64,000 nucleotides of DNA from the human T2T-CHM13v2.0 reference genome, Homo sapiens (GCF_009914755.1 NC_060937.1); one strand, 5' to 3'. Shown: positions 13,376 through 27,185, counted from the stretch's first letter. Notes: generated by a model from the sequence alone, not told the origin. Program-made: numbers and translations.

Positions 13376-13839
13376 ATTTTCAGGATGGAAGCTATATTGA
13401 ATGCACACACATCTATTATAATCTCATGAATTATTATAAAAGGTTTTTATGGAAAAAAAGTTGCACCTGAGGTTAATAAAGATCCACTTCTAATTTTAAA
13501 CTTTGCCTAAGGAATGCTGAATAGGGAAAATATGCAAATTTTATACAAATAACATTTGTGTATCCTTTTACTTCACACATTTGGATACATAGCTTGGATA
13601 AATTTTAGTGACTACTACCAGACTGAGGAAACAAAATGCAGGGTATTATTTAAATACAAGGTAATTGTTCCATTAATTCACTTCCCTCTAGAAAGTGCAA
13701 CCAGAAAAAGAAGGAAAGCAAATTATCTGGGAGATTGCAATTCACATGCATAATTAATCTGCTTGCTGAATTTGGTGTCAGCTTTTCTGCTATGGAAAAC
13801 ATAATCTCTTTTTCACTTTAGCTTATCCAGTCAAGAAGG

Positions 13840-13890
13840 AGTGTGTGAGTGAGTGTGTGTGTGTGTTTCCGTGTATGTGTGTTTATTTGT

Positions 13891-13923
<33 letters not shown>

Positions 13924-13945
13924 CGAGAGAGAGAGAGGGAGGGAG
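13840..13945. repeat. Compound microsatellite (TG)n-(GA)n
   Basis: Direct reading. Confidence 0.95.
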
Positions 13946-14373
13946 ACCCTCCCTTCTGTCCATGTAACAGATGCTGAAATAAGAATCAATGCTGCAACCA
14001 CAGAACTGTGGGTTTGCTAGTTCCCCAATTTAACATAGCTTTTCCTTCCGCCAGAAAGAACAACTGACCATCTTTGAGTAACAGGCTCCTTGTACTTGCA
14101 AGTGGGGCTGACACAGCCATGGCTCTGAAGTTGAGCAAAACTTACTTAAACCCAGTAAGTGGTTCACTTTTACCTCTCTTCTTCCACTAACATTTAAAGC
14201 AATGTTTCATTCTTTCTCAGTTTTTAGGACACTTATATTTGGCCATTACTATACAATCATAGATATGTGTACTTGGGTATAAAAAGTAGAATGTTTAATC
14301 TATTCATGTCTATCAGTCACAACAGACTAGAAAATGTGAATGCCACTTGACTAAAATTATTCTAAACTTTAAA

Positions 14374-14740
<367 letters not shown>

Positions 14741-14854
14741 ACTAAGAACCTTTTAAAGTTTTTGAGGGTGGAGATCATGTTTTGTGACCCATGCAGAGGC
14801 CTGTAATTGTTAACAACCAACTTCTACTCAGTCAAGTGTACAGAGGGGCTGACT

Positions 14855-14921
14855 ACTGATGCTGTTGCTGCTGCTGCTGCTGCTGATGGTGATGATAATG
14901 ATGATGATGATGATATGATGA
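14855..14921. repeat. Compound trinucleotide repeat (GCT)n-(GAT)n
   Basis: gctgctgctgctgctgctgatggtgatgataatgatgatgatgatgat. Confidence 0.9.
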
Positions 14922-16982
14922 CACAGAATAATTTGTTTAATAAAAGCACTTATCATATAGATGCATTTATTTGGGGAAGTATTATGATTATTTGAGCTCA
15001 ACTTGAGGGCTTAGTTACAAATAAGCACCATGGTTTGCTACCTGTTTATTCCAGGAAGTTGCCTTGAAATTCAACAGTTAAGACAAAATTGATCCAATTG
15101 TAGAAAATTAAATAAAATACGTGAATGAATGAACTTGCCTTCAAATATGAAGAGGACACCAGACACTACCTCACAGGACTGTATGACAACTAAATGCTTT
15201 CATAGGGTTAAAGCACTTAGAAAAACACCTGATTCAATGTAAGTATTAACGTTATTATTAGGATGATTAATTGAAGCGCCTTCCACTCCCCCCCATCCCC
15301 CACCGATATCTTACAAGATGGAGCAGTTATGCAATTTCTGGGCAGACTGATGTAAGCATTGAAACTGACAAACCAAAACAACAGGAACAGTCAATAGTAT
15401 AAGGCAGGAAGTTGGATCAGAAGGGAACTGAGGAAAGCAACAAGGAGATGCCATCTGGGGAACACCACGGCCACAGCAGCTATAGGGAGATATCCCTAGG
15501 AAACCAACATCTAATCAGGAGGTGACTTCCGAGAGCCTCAAAATGAAGACACTGTAGAACATTAACACTTTTTTAAGAAGTGCACTTCCATCTGGCAAAA
15601 TAGGAACACTTGAAACTCTTCAAATCTGTGGACACTGATTAGTTTTATATTTTGATGTGTCCTAATTCTAATGTTTATTTCTGCAGTGTTCAATATACAG
15701 ATGAAATAGTATCATTTCATTTGATATCTGTAAGTTGGGAAACTAGCAGATAAAAAAACACTAGGAAGAAAATTAGATTAACTGAAATAATGTCACTCTA
15801 CTATAAAATCTACTATTAGTAATAAAGTCCAAGCCTTTATAATCTTATTTTATAAGTGTTTGACTCTTCATAAGTATAACCTTATAAGCAGATTTCTTAA
15901 TTTTATTTTACCTAAGCTGATTTTAAAAGTTGCTTGCCATCTCTCCTGTATACACAGAAGGGCCTGTACTCTTTAGGTAACAAGGAGAAGTTGACTTGAG
16001 AATTTTCTGAGAATAATCCAAAGTGACTAAGTAAAAGTTAACAACTGCCCTTGTGTTCTTTGTCATCAAAGAGGCCCATTATTGGGTATATAGTTTTGGC
16101 AAGGGTAGCTAAGTTTTGGCCCAACCAATGTATTTATACTAAAAAAATGAGATTGTAATTTTCCCTGTTTGTTAGTCATTGTACAATTTTTTAAATTTCT
16201 TGAGGTCAATGTCTATATGATACTTTGAAGCTAAAATGAGACTAGGGCTTCGGTAAAGCTGAAACATGGTAGAATGCAAAATATTATATTATTGTTGCAT
16301 CTTCATTCATAGCAATAAATGGAAACTCAGTAAATATTAAGTTAATAAGTACAATCAAAGTCTTTCATGCGTATGTAAGAAGCTGAGAAAAAAAATACTT
16401 GTGACAAATTTTCAATTCAATAAATGCCTTTAGTATCTACATGTGCCAGGAGAGATGGAGAAGGAGCTCAGGTCTGTCAGCAAATAAGTACTTGAAACTA
16501 AGACAATGTGATTAATGTTATACTTACTCCAAGATCAAAGCATTGAGCAAATGCACACCAAAGAAACATTTAGTGGGGGCAGGGAGAAGATGGGAAGGCC
16601 TCCAAAAGGGTATGTTTCTTGAAGTCCGCCTTGAAAAATGATCAGAAGTTTTAAAAATAAAGAAGAATGCAATTAAAGAAACAGTTGCAGTGAAAAAAGG
16701 TGAAAGAGAATGGAACTTTCTGGTGGCTTGTGGTCTGGTGCACCAAAATGTGGGTTAGCAGTGGCGGGGGAGGGGATGGGGTAGTGGGAGGTTGAACAGA
16801 AGGAAGTGACAAGAAATAAGATTGGGGAAGTGGGTCGAGGCAAGTTTGTAAAGGCACACAATTCTTTAGTAAAATTATGCATTAATTTAAAAATAGTTCT
16901 TCAGCCCATTATTATATAAAACCTGCAATGGTATCTCTTATTTATAAAAATAAAAATGTTTGTAAATTTATTACAAAGTTTT

Positions 16983-17036
16983 TCTTCTCTCTCTCTCTCT
17001 CTTCTTTCTCTTGCTCTCTCTCTTTTATTCTCTCTT
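16983..17036. repeat. (CT)n / pyrimidine tract
   Basis: Direct reading. Confidence 0.85.
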
Positions 17037-17139
17037 AAAACTGTGAGTGCCAAGATCTTGTTAGCTAGCTTCAGTAATAAAAGTCTATAATCACCTACCT
17101 CTGAGAAAAATATGCTGGCCTGGAAGGGAGGATCTGTAA

Positions 17140-17335
17140 CACACACAGTCAGTAGGAGCCTGAAATCCTGGCCATCTACTGCCCCCCACCCCAACTGCCC
17201 AGTGACCTATGGCCGGTTCCTTCAATTATCTAGCCCATTCCTTATCTCTAAAGGTAGCTGAGAGGATTAAACGAGGTAATGCATAAAGAGTAGCTGCTTA
17301 CACTACGTGCTCATAATTATTGAGTGCTATTATTA
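17140..17335 (+). mobile_element. MIR (degraded)
   Basis: gaggattaaacgaggtaatgcataaagag...tgctattatt matches the MIR 3' end. Confidence 0.6.
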
Positions 17336-18711
17336 ATTTCCTGTCCTCTCCAAGTTAAATGGTACTTTAACAACAAGTAAATGAGACTTTACTTGTTGGT
17401 CTTCCCTTCCCCAAAGGGTTCAGAGATAGAATTATAAATGAAGTTAAAGCACTGAAATTGTTTCCCAAATTACCAATTGTTTCAAGGCATAATTTACAAA
17501 AGAGACAAAAATTTAAATGCTACAAAGAAAAGGGTCTCTGGGATTGCTAAGGAAATGTCCTCCTAGGCACAACTCCATCCCACCACAGCAGTGCTTGTTC
17601 AAAGGGCAAGACCTAGAAGATTTTTCCCCTGATGTTCCTGGGGGTGAGCTAGAATGAAGAGGAATATCTTTGTAACATATGGGGTTGATGCTTTAGCAAT
17701 GTAAACTTAACTTTAAACAGGGGACCTTTATATTTTGAATTAACTTTCGCATAGTTCTTTTTTATTCCTTCGTAAATATAAGAAAAATACTGACATTCCT
17801 TCACATTCGAATTTATTTTATTCTCATTAATAGTTTTACTTAAAATAAGACACAACATATTTTTAGTCTGTTCTTTTACGGGGTTCAAGTCCCTCTTATC
17901 TCAGTTTCACATTTTTGCTTGTTTGAAACTATTCAGGTGAGATGTGCAAAGTAACATTGGTGGTCACATTTTGCAGTTTCCAGAAATTCACATTTATAGG
18001 TAAATGATTAATTCTATTCAAATTTGTCTACACAGACATTCTTTAAACAATTATACTTAATAGAAACCAAACTTATGACAAATGTATGTAAATTCAAAAT
18101 CAAGATGTGTGTGGATAAGCCACCTTTATTTGCTTACTGATAGTTCTGACAGAGTAATTTTAGAAAACAAGTTGCTGTGTAAAAGAAAAGTTCGGTTTTG
18201 ATAAACATCCTGATTAATGTTCGCATTTCCAGTCTGAATGGCTTTTATAGTTATCATTTGTCAATGGTTCTTAGTGTTATGTGATAGTGGTAATTAAGTA
18301 AAAGCTTATACTACAAAATCCAAAGTGTCTATGTTTGGGCAGTTTCTGAAATAAATATCCCATATCAACTGTGTAAAAATTTCTATTGTAGATAAAAGCC
18401 TTTCTCCCAGAATTTGAGTGAATATTCATTGATATGGTCATAAGCATAACAAATAATTCAGACAATCCTACAAAAACACTACAATTAAGCATTATACAAA
18501 TTGCTTTTATTTTTAGAGAACAAATGGAAAAGAGAAAACCTCTAATTCCATGTGGTTATAAAGCACACCCATTAAAAACCCTTGGCGCCAAAAATCACTC
18601 AAATAACCAGTATCACATTCAGTAACATATGACTCTAGATAATTTATCCACTAAAGTACTGTAAAGAAGTTTTTTAGAAAAACAGAACCGCAGGAACTAA
18701 AATTAAACTAC

Positions 18712-18762
18712 CCCCATTGGGCCAATAAGCCGTACAATCTAAATTATCAATACGCGCTTGTC
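18712..18762 (-). other. Candidate 51-nt symmetric cassette exon
   Basis: Minus strand: ttttatcttctttaaaatgttttcag|GACAAGCGCG...CCCAATGGGG|gtagtt. One open frame (QARIDNLDCTAYWPNG); lies in repeat-free AT-rich DNA. Confidence 0.3.
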
Positions 18763-18950
18763 CTGAAAACATTTTAAAGAAGATAAAATCACAGTAAATA
18801 GCCTCCGTGAAATAGAGCAATAGAAATAAACCAGAACATGGTTTGGTTTTAAAAGGAAAAAGAAACCTTAATTTTGGGCAGGGGTGATAACTGCAGATAA
18901 GTTGAGAAGAACCCAGCCCAGAGAGCCGAGGTGCTCCATCTTGGATGGCC

Positions 18951-18965
18951 ACGCGAGGTGGCGGC
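18951..18965 (+). promoter_or_regulatory. CTCF-like motif
   Basis: ACGCGAGGTGGCGG matches the CTCF core CCGCGNGGNGGCAG at 12 of 14 positions, with CpGs retained. Confidence 0.4.
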
Positions 18966-19385
18966 AGATGTCCTGGCCAGTTAGACAGTGGCAGGAATCA
19001 CAGAGGTCTCAGGTGACATGCTCAGATCTCTGGTCCCCTGAAGGCAAAACCCACAATCCACAGAAACAGTGCCGAAGTGCATCACAAGCGCTTAAAACCA
19101 ACAAAAACACATGAAGAACATTTACCTTGCAGGAAAAAAGCTGTCCTTGGTAGTACTGGTGTATGACCAGGAACCCCTTCTTTCTGATCTGCAGAACAGC
19201 TTTGTCAAGCCTGGGTGTGTGGTCACAAGGCAGGAAGTGACTAGAATGACAAATCATCAGCCAGGAAAGAAAAAGATTTTGTCTTTATAAGGACATTTTA
19301 ACTTTTTTTTCATGTCCCCGCCCCACCAAAAATCACCTGACAGAACAGGTCACAGTGAAATTCAGACACCTCCTACCACTTCCTC

Positions 19386-19429
19386 TTTTTTTTTTTTTTT
19401 TTTGAGACAAGGTCCCGCTCTTTTGCCCA
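19386..19429 (-). mobile_element. Extremely 5'-truncated Alu (~26 nt plus poly-A)
   Basis: T18 then gagacaaggtcccgctcttttgccca; short TSD cctcttt at 19382-19388 and 19430-19436. Confidence 0.75.
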
Positions 19430-22400
19430 CCTCTTTATAAGCATTTTTCTCTCTCCCTTTCTCCTCCAGCTGTCTTTGAGTAGTCCCTGGGCTACTTAAA
19501 CCTTTCTGATTCTAGATAGCAAGGCAAGATCAGCCTGATAACTTGACTTCTTTGACTCTAGTTGCAAAAGCAAAGCCCAGATGCCTACCTACTTACAGCA
19601 AAGATCAACAAATTTTTCATTTTTAGTGAAAGAGCCAGGGAAAAAGGTGGCAGTACACCTGAAACAAATGAAAAGGGACTTCCTTGGGAAAGCCCCACCC
19701 CACCTGAAATCAAACCTCTCTGGAGTCCTCTAACAGTGATCTTATTGGTGCAAACAAAACAGAACGATCTCTTTAAGTGAAGGACATGAAAAGGAAGGTT
19801 ACTAGATTATTTACTCATTCTTTTATTTATAGAACATCTATGTGCTAGGGATCTCTTTAACCCAATTAAGTATCTCAATTATTTAAGCGTTTCCTATAAA
19901 GAGCAGCAGTAGATTGCACAGGCAGCTGTTATATTTAAATGGGTAGCTTAATTCCTTCTTACAGGCAGGATTTTTTTTTGAATGCACATTTTATAAAATT
20001 AGCAGGTGGTGGCAGGGGAAGCTCTGTTCTGTACCCAAACCCCAGATGCTTGAGGGCAAATTCCTATCTTCAAATGGAGCATCCTCAAGTGCTCACAACA
20101 GTTGTGAAGACTGTGGCACCCTGAGTTATGTTGACTAAATATTAGACATGTCTCCACATTGCCCGGAGACTGTGTGTGACTCCAGTAGTCAATCTGCCGT
20201 TTAGGAATGAGGGTATGTGGCTGTACTCCCAGGTCAGATGCTGCGCTGAAGATATCTGCTCCAGAGTTGACATGCGTCCGTGTCCGCTGGGCCACGGGCC
20301 TCTCAGGTGGTCACGGTATTCTGACTGGTTGGAGGGCTGCCCTTATACTTCTTTTGCTTTTTTGATTTCTCCTCTAGAAAGTTCCTGTTTCTGACCTTAA
20401 ATGTTAAACCAAACTGTTCTGGTTTATCTACTTCATTAGCCAGTGGTGTGGTGACTTCATCAGAAGCCCACAGGGGCTATCTTGAGGAACTGGGTGGGCG
20501 GAAGAACAGGACGAGACGGTGGGGATTCTAGAAACGGTTCACCTCACAGAGAGCTATCAGCCCTCTTGTGATTTCCCAGGGAAGACTGAGGGGGTGATGG
20601 GACTCTGTTTTCTCCATCGCATAATCACTCCCAATTAATAAGTTGCAGAGAGCTTTCAAGAAGCACCTACATTCTTTCAGGACACCAGAGGAACATCCAT
20701 GCATCACTGTTACAGCACTGCTCACGCTACAAAGCAGCAAAATGCTGTCTTCATTCGGGGCCCTGCAGCAGGACTCTGTAGATAATGTCCTGCTGGTGTT
20801 ACAGATACAAGGGGTTGTAACTGTGGACCTCCCTGATCTGGTTCCACATCCTGGTGGCTTCAGGATGGCATAAAGGCCCAACAGTAACACTTCATGAAGG
20901 GGAACAGATATTTATTCCTTTACCTTGGAGAAGGAAAGCACAGTGTTCTGTATCTAGTGGTGCCTGGTCATCTGAGGCCGGAGGAATCTATGAAGAAGAG
21001 CAAAATATATTTGTGCATTGGTTCAGCAAGTGTTTGCATGCCTGTCTGAATTGGTGATTCAGAAATAAATAAGACACAATCGCTGTTCTCAAGGAGTATA
21101 GTCTAGTGGGGAAAAAACATGTAAGTAAATAAATGCCATCTATAATAGAGGGGTGAAAAAGGCAGTGTGATATCAAAGCAGTTGCAGATTTGAGCAGAGG
21201 TGATGTTTGTTAAGTGAAGAAAAAGATTTAGGATTCCAGGCAACGTCGAGGTTGTAGAAGATGAAAGGCATTGACCTGGGTACTGCTTACAGCCACCCAG
21301 TTAATAGAGTCGTCTTCTACCCTAGCATCCACGGCAGGCACCCACACCCCCTCAGCCACATCCTGGCCGGCACCATTGCAAGCCCTGCCCTACTCCCTCA
21401 ATCTTAATCTCTTTATCTGCCTCTCATTGGTGTAAGTCTACCCAGTTTCAGGCAATTGTTTAGGTCCTAGACCAAGACTTTTTCAGAGAAGTGTATTTTT
21501 TTGCTGTTGGTGTTTTAAATTGCTTGTGCAGCATAGTACTAGTAAACAGAAGACTGACTTTTGGTTTTCTTACGTTTTTATGTTCTGTACAGACAGTGCG
21601 CCCCCTTATGGCCTGAAGCCGGAGTGGACCTTTCTCAGCCCACCCTCTATGAGCCTCCACTGCCACCTGTTCCTGGCCTGGGTTTTGCCTTCCTCTAAGC
21701 CCTACCACCCTCTCAGACTTCATCCCACCCTCTCCTGCCCTGAAGCCTCTGGCCTCAGTCCCAGATATCAGATCACCTGCTACTCTCAGGCCTCTAAATA
21801 TTGCTGAGGAAAGTCACAGAAACACAAACTTGGAATGCTAAAAAGTCAAGATGCTTGACTTCAAATTACTTTCAGAAATACTTCTATTCAATTTTACTAA
21901 GTCTTGAGAACAGGCATTCTCAACCTGGAGTCCATAGACCCCTAAAACTAAATGCACAATTTTGTGTGTATGTACTTTTTTTCTGGGAGAAGGGTCCATT
22001 GTATTAGTAAAGAGATCACAGACCCCAAAAAGTTGGGTATTTATTCTAAACTCTCTCCTCTTGCCTCAACCTTCCACTTCACCCTCCTATGCTTTGTCCT
22101 GGCCCAAGATTCTTCTGTTGCCCCTTCTTGACTGAGATGATCCAAGTCGTCTGGTATGAGCTTCCTCTCTACTTCCACAATATCCACCTCTTCCTCCTCT
22201 CTTTCAGTCTTAATGGAAGCGGCATTCTTCTTTCTTCCCAAGGTCAGTGTTTCAACACTATCTCACTCTTAATATTCTACTTCCTTAGATATCTTGCTCC
22301 ATCAATTGTCTCGTGTTTCTCTAGCATCTTAATGCTAGCATCTTCAGCTCTCCCCACTTCCTCTCCATGCACTCATGGGATTTGTATGAAGAGAAAAACA

Positions 22401-22644
22401 CCTTTGCTTCACTCTGCAGCCCACCCTCATCCCAACATATCATGGGCAGGGAATGAAGATGAATTAAGATGGGTACAGTCCTTGCCATTGTAGAATGTCC
22501 ACTGTAGTTGAAGACACAGACAAGGAAAAAAGGCAAGTGAAGAGTTATCTACTTGGAAGCACAACAGACGAAAAGCAGCGTCCCTAGGAGCACACAGCAC
22601 TAACCCAGACATGGGACCTGGGAGGCAGAGAGAGGGAGCATCAA

Positions 22645-22890
22645 AGTGGTGAAGAGTAAAGATGCTGGGCCAGCTGGCTGGGGTCAAGTTCCAGCTCTAC
22701 TGTTGTACTAGCTGTGTGATCTTGGGCAAATTAGTTACTTGCACTGGCCTCAGTTTCCTAGTCTATAAAATGGGGGTAAGAACAGTGTCTATTTTAGACA
22801 GTTGTTGCAAGGGGTAAGTGAATTGATATATGTAAAGAACTTAGAAGAGTGCCTGGCACGTAGTATATCCTATGTACGTGTTAACTAATC
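22645..22890 (+). mobile_element. MIR, near full length
   Basis: ctagctgtgtgatcttgggcaaattagt...ggcctcagtttcctagtctataaaatgggg...gtgcctggcacgtag. Confidence 0.9.
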
Positions 22891-22994
22891 GCTTAATATT
22901 TACGTCAGGCTCTGGACTAGACCCCTAACATCCATTATTTCATTTATTCCTCACAACAACTCTATGAATTAGGTATGATTGTTAATTTTTTTCT

Positions 22995-23830
22995 TTAATT
23001 TTTAAAATAATGGCTTCATTGCAATATGATTTACATACCATAAAATTCACCTTTAAAAAGTATACAATTCAGTGGTTTGTTGTATTTTAACAGAGTTGTG
23101 CAACAATTACACTATATAATTCCAGAACATTTTCATCATCCCCAAAAGAAACTCTGTACCTGTTAGAGATTCCTCCCCATTCACCCCCATCTCCCAAATT
23201 CCCAGCCACAGCCAACCACTAGTTTATTTTCTCTCTCTATAAATTTGCCTATTCGGGACATTTCATATAAAGGGAATTACACAATACATGCTCTTTTGTG
23301 ACGAGCTTCTTTCACTTAGCATGTTTTCAAGGTCCATCCATGTTGTAACATGTCACTACTTCATTTTATTATTTATTCATTTATTTTGAGATAGGGGCTC
23401 ACTCTGTCGCCCAGGCTGAAGTGCAGTGGTGTGATTATAGCTTGCTGAGGCCTTGAACTCCTAGGCTCAAGCCATCCTCCCGCCTCAGCTTCCTGAGTAG
23501 CTGGGTCTACAGGCACGCACCATCACACCTGGATATTTAAATTTTTTTTTTTTCTATAGAGACAGGGTCTTGTCATGTTGGCCAGGCCGGTCTCGAATTC
23601 CTGGGCTCAGGTGATCCTCTTGCCTCGGCCTCCCAAAGTGCTGGGATTACAGACATGAGCCACTGCACCTGACCTTCACTCCTTTTTATGGAAGAATGCT
23701 ATTCCACTGTATGAATATATCACATTTTATTTACTCATCAGCTGATGGATATTTGGATGCTGCCTACTATTTGATATTATAAAAATGCTGCAATTAACAT
23801 TTGTGTACATTTTGTGCGTGTGGACATATG
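22995..23830 (-). mobile_element. L1MB-type 3' fragment interrupted by an AluJ
   Basis: ttacataccataaaattcacctttaaaaagtatacaattcagtgg...ggacatttcatataaagggaattac; resumes after the Alu with attccactgtatgaatatatcacattt. Confidence 0.85.
23362..23673 (-). mobile_element. AluJ
   Basis: Reverse dimer with J-type ctcctaggctcaagccatcctcc and ctgggctcaggtgatcc. Confidence 0.93.
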
Positions 23831-24519
23831 TTTTCTTTAATTTATTAATCAAAGTAATATATGTATTTGGTTTTAGAAGTCAAATATTACCTCAAGGCTT
23901 CTCATGAAACACCAGTCTCCCGACACACTCCTTCACCTCTGATTCCCATTCCCTAGAACCAAGTATTTTGAACAGTTTTAGCTAATTCTTCTGTTATTTT
24001 ATTACATATTTCTAGATGTTATGCTTATGGTGTATCTTGATTGGGTTCAGATACCTACATATATTTATGTATATGTATATATATGTTCATATATTTTTTC
24101 CTTCCTACTTGAGAGATAAATATTTGACCCTCTCACATCCCCCAGTCCAACATATACATGTTAACCTTCCCATCATCCTCCAGAACAGTTTATAATACCC
24201 TTTTATTTAAATCAATACTCAGCTTTTACAGTAACTCAAAATATTCATAACTGAGTTAGGAATATTTTGCATTATGTTTTTGTATCTTTTTTTGATATGC
24301 TAGGTTTCTACGTACTTATTACTAATTCTGTATAAACTCTCCAACAGAGCTAAAATTCAATTTAAAACATCAAGAAATGAATCCATTCCTTGTTTCCCCC
24401 TTGGAGAGGCCCTTCCTCTGTTCGGTCCTGCTGCCCAGCTGCCTTCTAGAAGCTTCCCTACCTCATCACTCTGGGGACTCCTTTATTCTCCATCTAGGCT
24501 GAATCTCCTATTTCTGGAC

Positions 24520-25150
24520 CACATGCCATCCACTTTCTTTGTCTACTTCCTTGTTTTAATGAGCATATCCTCTAGTAGATTCTTGAGAAACGTTCTATGG
24601 AACGTAAATTTCTTGAGACATTTTATAGCTGAAAACGATCTCCATTCTTTGAAATCCACACTGGAAATCATTTTCTCAGAATTTGGAAGGGATTGTTCCT
24701 GTGTGTTCTAGGTTCCAAGGTTGCTGTTGAGACATCTGATATCATTCTGACTTATGGTCCCTCTCACATCATTTTTGGTTTCTCTCTGAAAATTTTTAGA
24801 ATTTTTTTTAATGCCAGGTGTTCTGAAAATTGTTGGTGATTTGTCCTAGTGTAAGTCTGTTTTCATCTACTGTGCAAGTTACTCAGTGGTCTTTTCTAAT
24901 TGGGAAATTCAAGTCTCTCAGTTCTGGGAAATATTTTCTCTCTCCATCTCTCATTTCCTTTCCTCTGTTTCCTATGCCCTATTTCCCTGGGATTACATTT
25001 ATTTGCATGTTATGCCTCTTGGATTAATCTTCTAATTTTCTTTTTTTCCTCCCATTTCCTGCCTCTTAGCCTTCCTATTCTACTGTCAGAGAGAATTTTT
25101 CTACATTTTCTTCAAAACTTCCATTGAACGTTTTATTTCTGCTTTCACCT
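24520..25150 (-). mobile_element. Old L1 (L1M/L1ME) fragment
   Basis: T-rich, with gttgctgttgagacatctgat...tctcagttctgggaaatatttt typical of antisense old L1 ORF1 region. Confidence 0.55.
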
Positions 25151-25162
25151 CAAAATTTCTCT

Positions 25163-25494
25163 CGTAGTCTGTTTTGTGCTGTTATAACAAAATATCTCAG
25201 ACTGGGTAAGTTATAATAAACAGAAATTCATTGGCTCACAGTTCTGGAGGCTGGGAAGTCCAATATAAGGTGCCAGCATCTTATGAGGGTCTTCTTGCTG
25301 CCTCATCCCGTGGCAGAAGGCAAGAAGGCAAGAAAGCAAGACTGGGATAAACTTGCTTTCTTATAATGGCATCAATTCTACATGGGGCAGTGCCCTGATG
25401 GCCAATCACCCCTTAAAGGCCTCACCTCTTAATACTATCACATTGGCAATTAAATTTCAACATGAGTTTTGGAGGGGACATTCAAACCATAGCA
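25163..25494 (-). mobile_element. MaLR solo LTR (MST-type)
   Basis: ggctcacagttctggaggctgggaagtccaatat...tttcaacatgagttttggaggggacattcaaaccatagca. Confidence 0.88.
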
Positions 25495-26185
25495 ATAGCT
25501 AAAAACTCTTTTTTTCTGAATGTTTCTTTTTTTATTTTATAAAGCAACATGTGGGTGGGGATAAGGTGGGGAATGTCTTACTGCTCCTTATATAAACTTT
25601 CTACTAATCTTCCTATTTTTCAAGTCCCTCTTGCACTCTGCCTCCAAAGGTATCTGGTGCCTCGGAGTTCTGAGCTTTGCTGAGTGTCCATGGTGGGATT
25701 TGAATTACTTCTCTTTGGCGTCTCTCATTATAGGGTTAGAATTCAGCTTTTCCATATGTGTTAAGGCTAGTGTTATCACCTATTTCATGGTCTCCAACAT
25801 ACTGCTGACATCTCTGGTATACTTATTGCCTCATTTGATATTGGTGTCTCCTACTAGGAATTCCATGAGGCCAAGGGCCGTGTTTGCTTTATTAACTTCT
25901 AAACACCATATCCAACATTTCAGAAATGTTTGTTGAATAAATTAATGAAGAATGACATGGAAAGGAAAGGTGGAAATGTACTATAAGCATAAAGGAATGG
26001 CATGTGTGAAAGATCAGGTGGGAGAAATAAAGGTATGTCAAAAATATGACCAAAGCTGGATGCTACTGCAGTCAAGAGAGCGAAGCTGGGGGAAAGTGCA
26101 GAGAAAGAGAAAAGCTGGAGGATTTTGCAGAGACCAAGTCATAGTGGATCTTTTAACTGTGTTAAGGAATTTGGGCTTTGCCCTG

Positions 26186-26726
26186 TGTATTAATCAGTTT
26201 TCCAGTGAAACAGAACAATAGGATGTGTGTGTATGTGTGTGTGTGTGTATGTATTTATGTATGCATGTATGTGTATGTATAAAGAGATTTATTACAAGGA
26301 ATTGCTTCATGTGATTAGGGAGGCTGACAAGTCCCAAGATCTTCATGACGATTCAGCAAGCTGGAGACCCAGGAGAGCCAGTGGTGTAGTTCTAGCCTGA
26401 AGGCTGGCAGGCCTGAGACCCAGGAAGAGCCAGCGTTTCAGTTTGAGTCTAAAGGGAGAAAAAAGCCAGTCTCACCTCAAAGGCAGTCAGTCAGGAAGAA
26501 TTCTCTCTTACTCAAGGGGTGGTCAACCTTTTTGCTCTATTCAGGCCTTCAGCTGATTGGATGAGGGCCACTCCCTTAGGGAGGGCCATTTGCTTAACTC
26601 AGTCTACCAAGTTAAATGTTAACATCACCCAAAAACACTGTCACCAAAACACCCAGAATAATGTTTGACCAAGTATCTGGGCACTCCATGGCCCAGTCAA
26701 GTTGACACATGAAAAATTAACCACCA
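26186..26726 (-). mobile_element. ERVL solo LTR (MLT2B-like)
   Basis: tgtattaatcag...gaaacagaacaatagga(TG)n...gagatttattacaaggaattg...gcccagtcaagttgacacat; 5-bp TSD ccctg at 26181-26185 and 26727-26731. Confidence 0.88.
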
Positions 26727-26759
26727 CCCTGCAAGCAATGGGGAGCCATTTTAGGATCC

Positions 26760-27185
26760 ATATTTACTTTCTAGGGCTGTTTTAACAAAGTACCAAAAAC
26801 TGAGTGGTTTAAAATAACGAAAATGAATTGTCTCACAGTTCTGAAGTTAAAAATATGGAACTACAGTGTTGTAGGACTGGTTCCTTCTGAGAGTTGTGAG
26901 AGATAATTTATTCCATGTGTCTCTCCCAGCTTCTGGTGGGTTTGCTGGCAACATTTGTTATCCTTGGCTTATAAAGGCATCACCCCAATTTCTGCTTTTA
27001 TCTACACATTTGCATCTAAATTTCCCCTTTTTAAAAAAGATGACAGTCATATTGGATCAGGGCCCATCCTAATGATCTCATCTTAACTTGATTGTCTGCA
27101 AAGACCCTATTTCTAAATAAGGCCACATTCATAGGCATTTGGATTTAGCACTTCAATATTTTTGGTAGGGCACAATTCCTAACAG
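26760..27185 (-). mobile_element. MaLR solo LTR (MLT1C-like)
   Basis: ttctagggctgttttaacaaagtacc...cagtcatattggatcagggccc...tctgcaaagaccctatttctaaataaggccacattc. Confidence 0.85.

Noticed and set aside
20528-20890. 120-aa Cys-rich minus-strand ORF ending near a donor-like GAG|gtgaac
   Set aside because: No ATG start, weak acceptor, no recognisable family.
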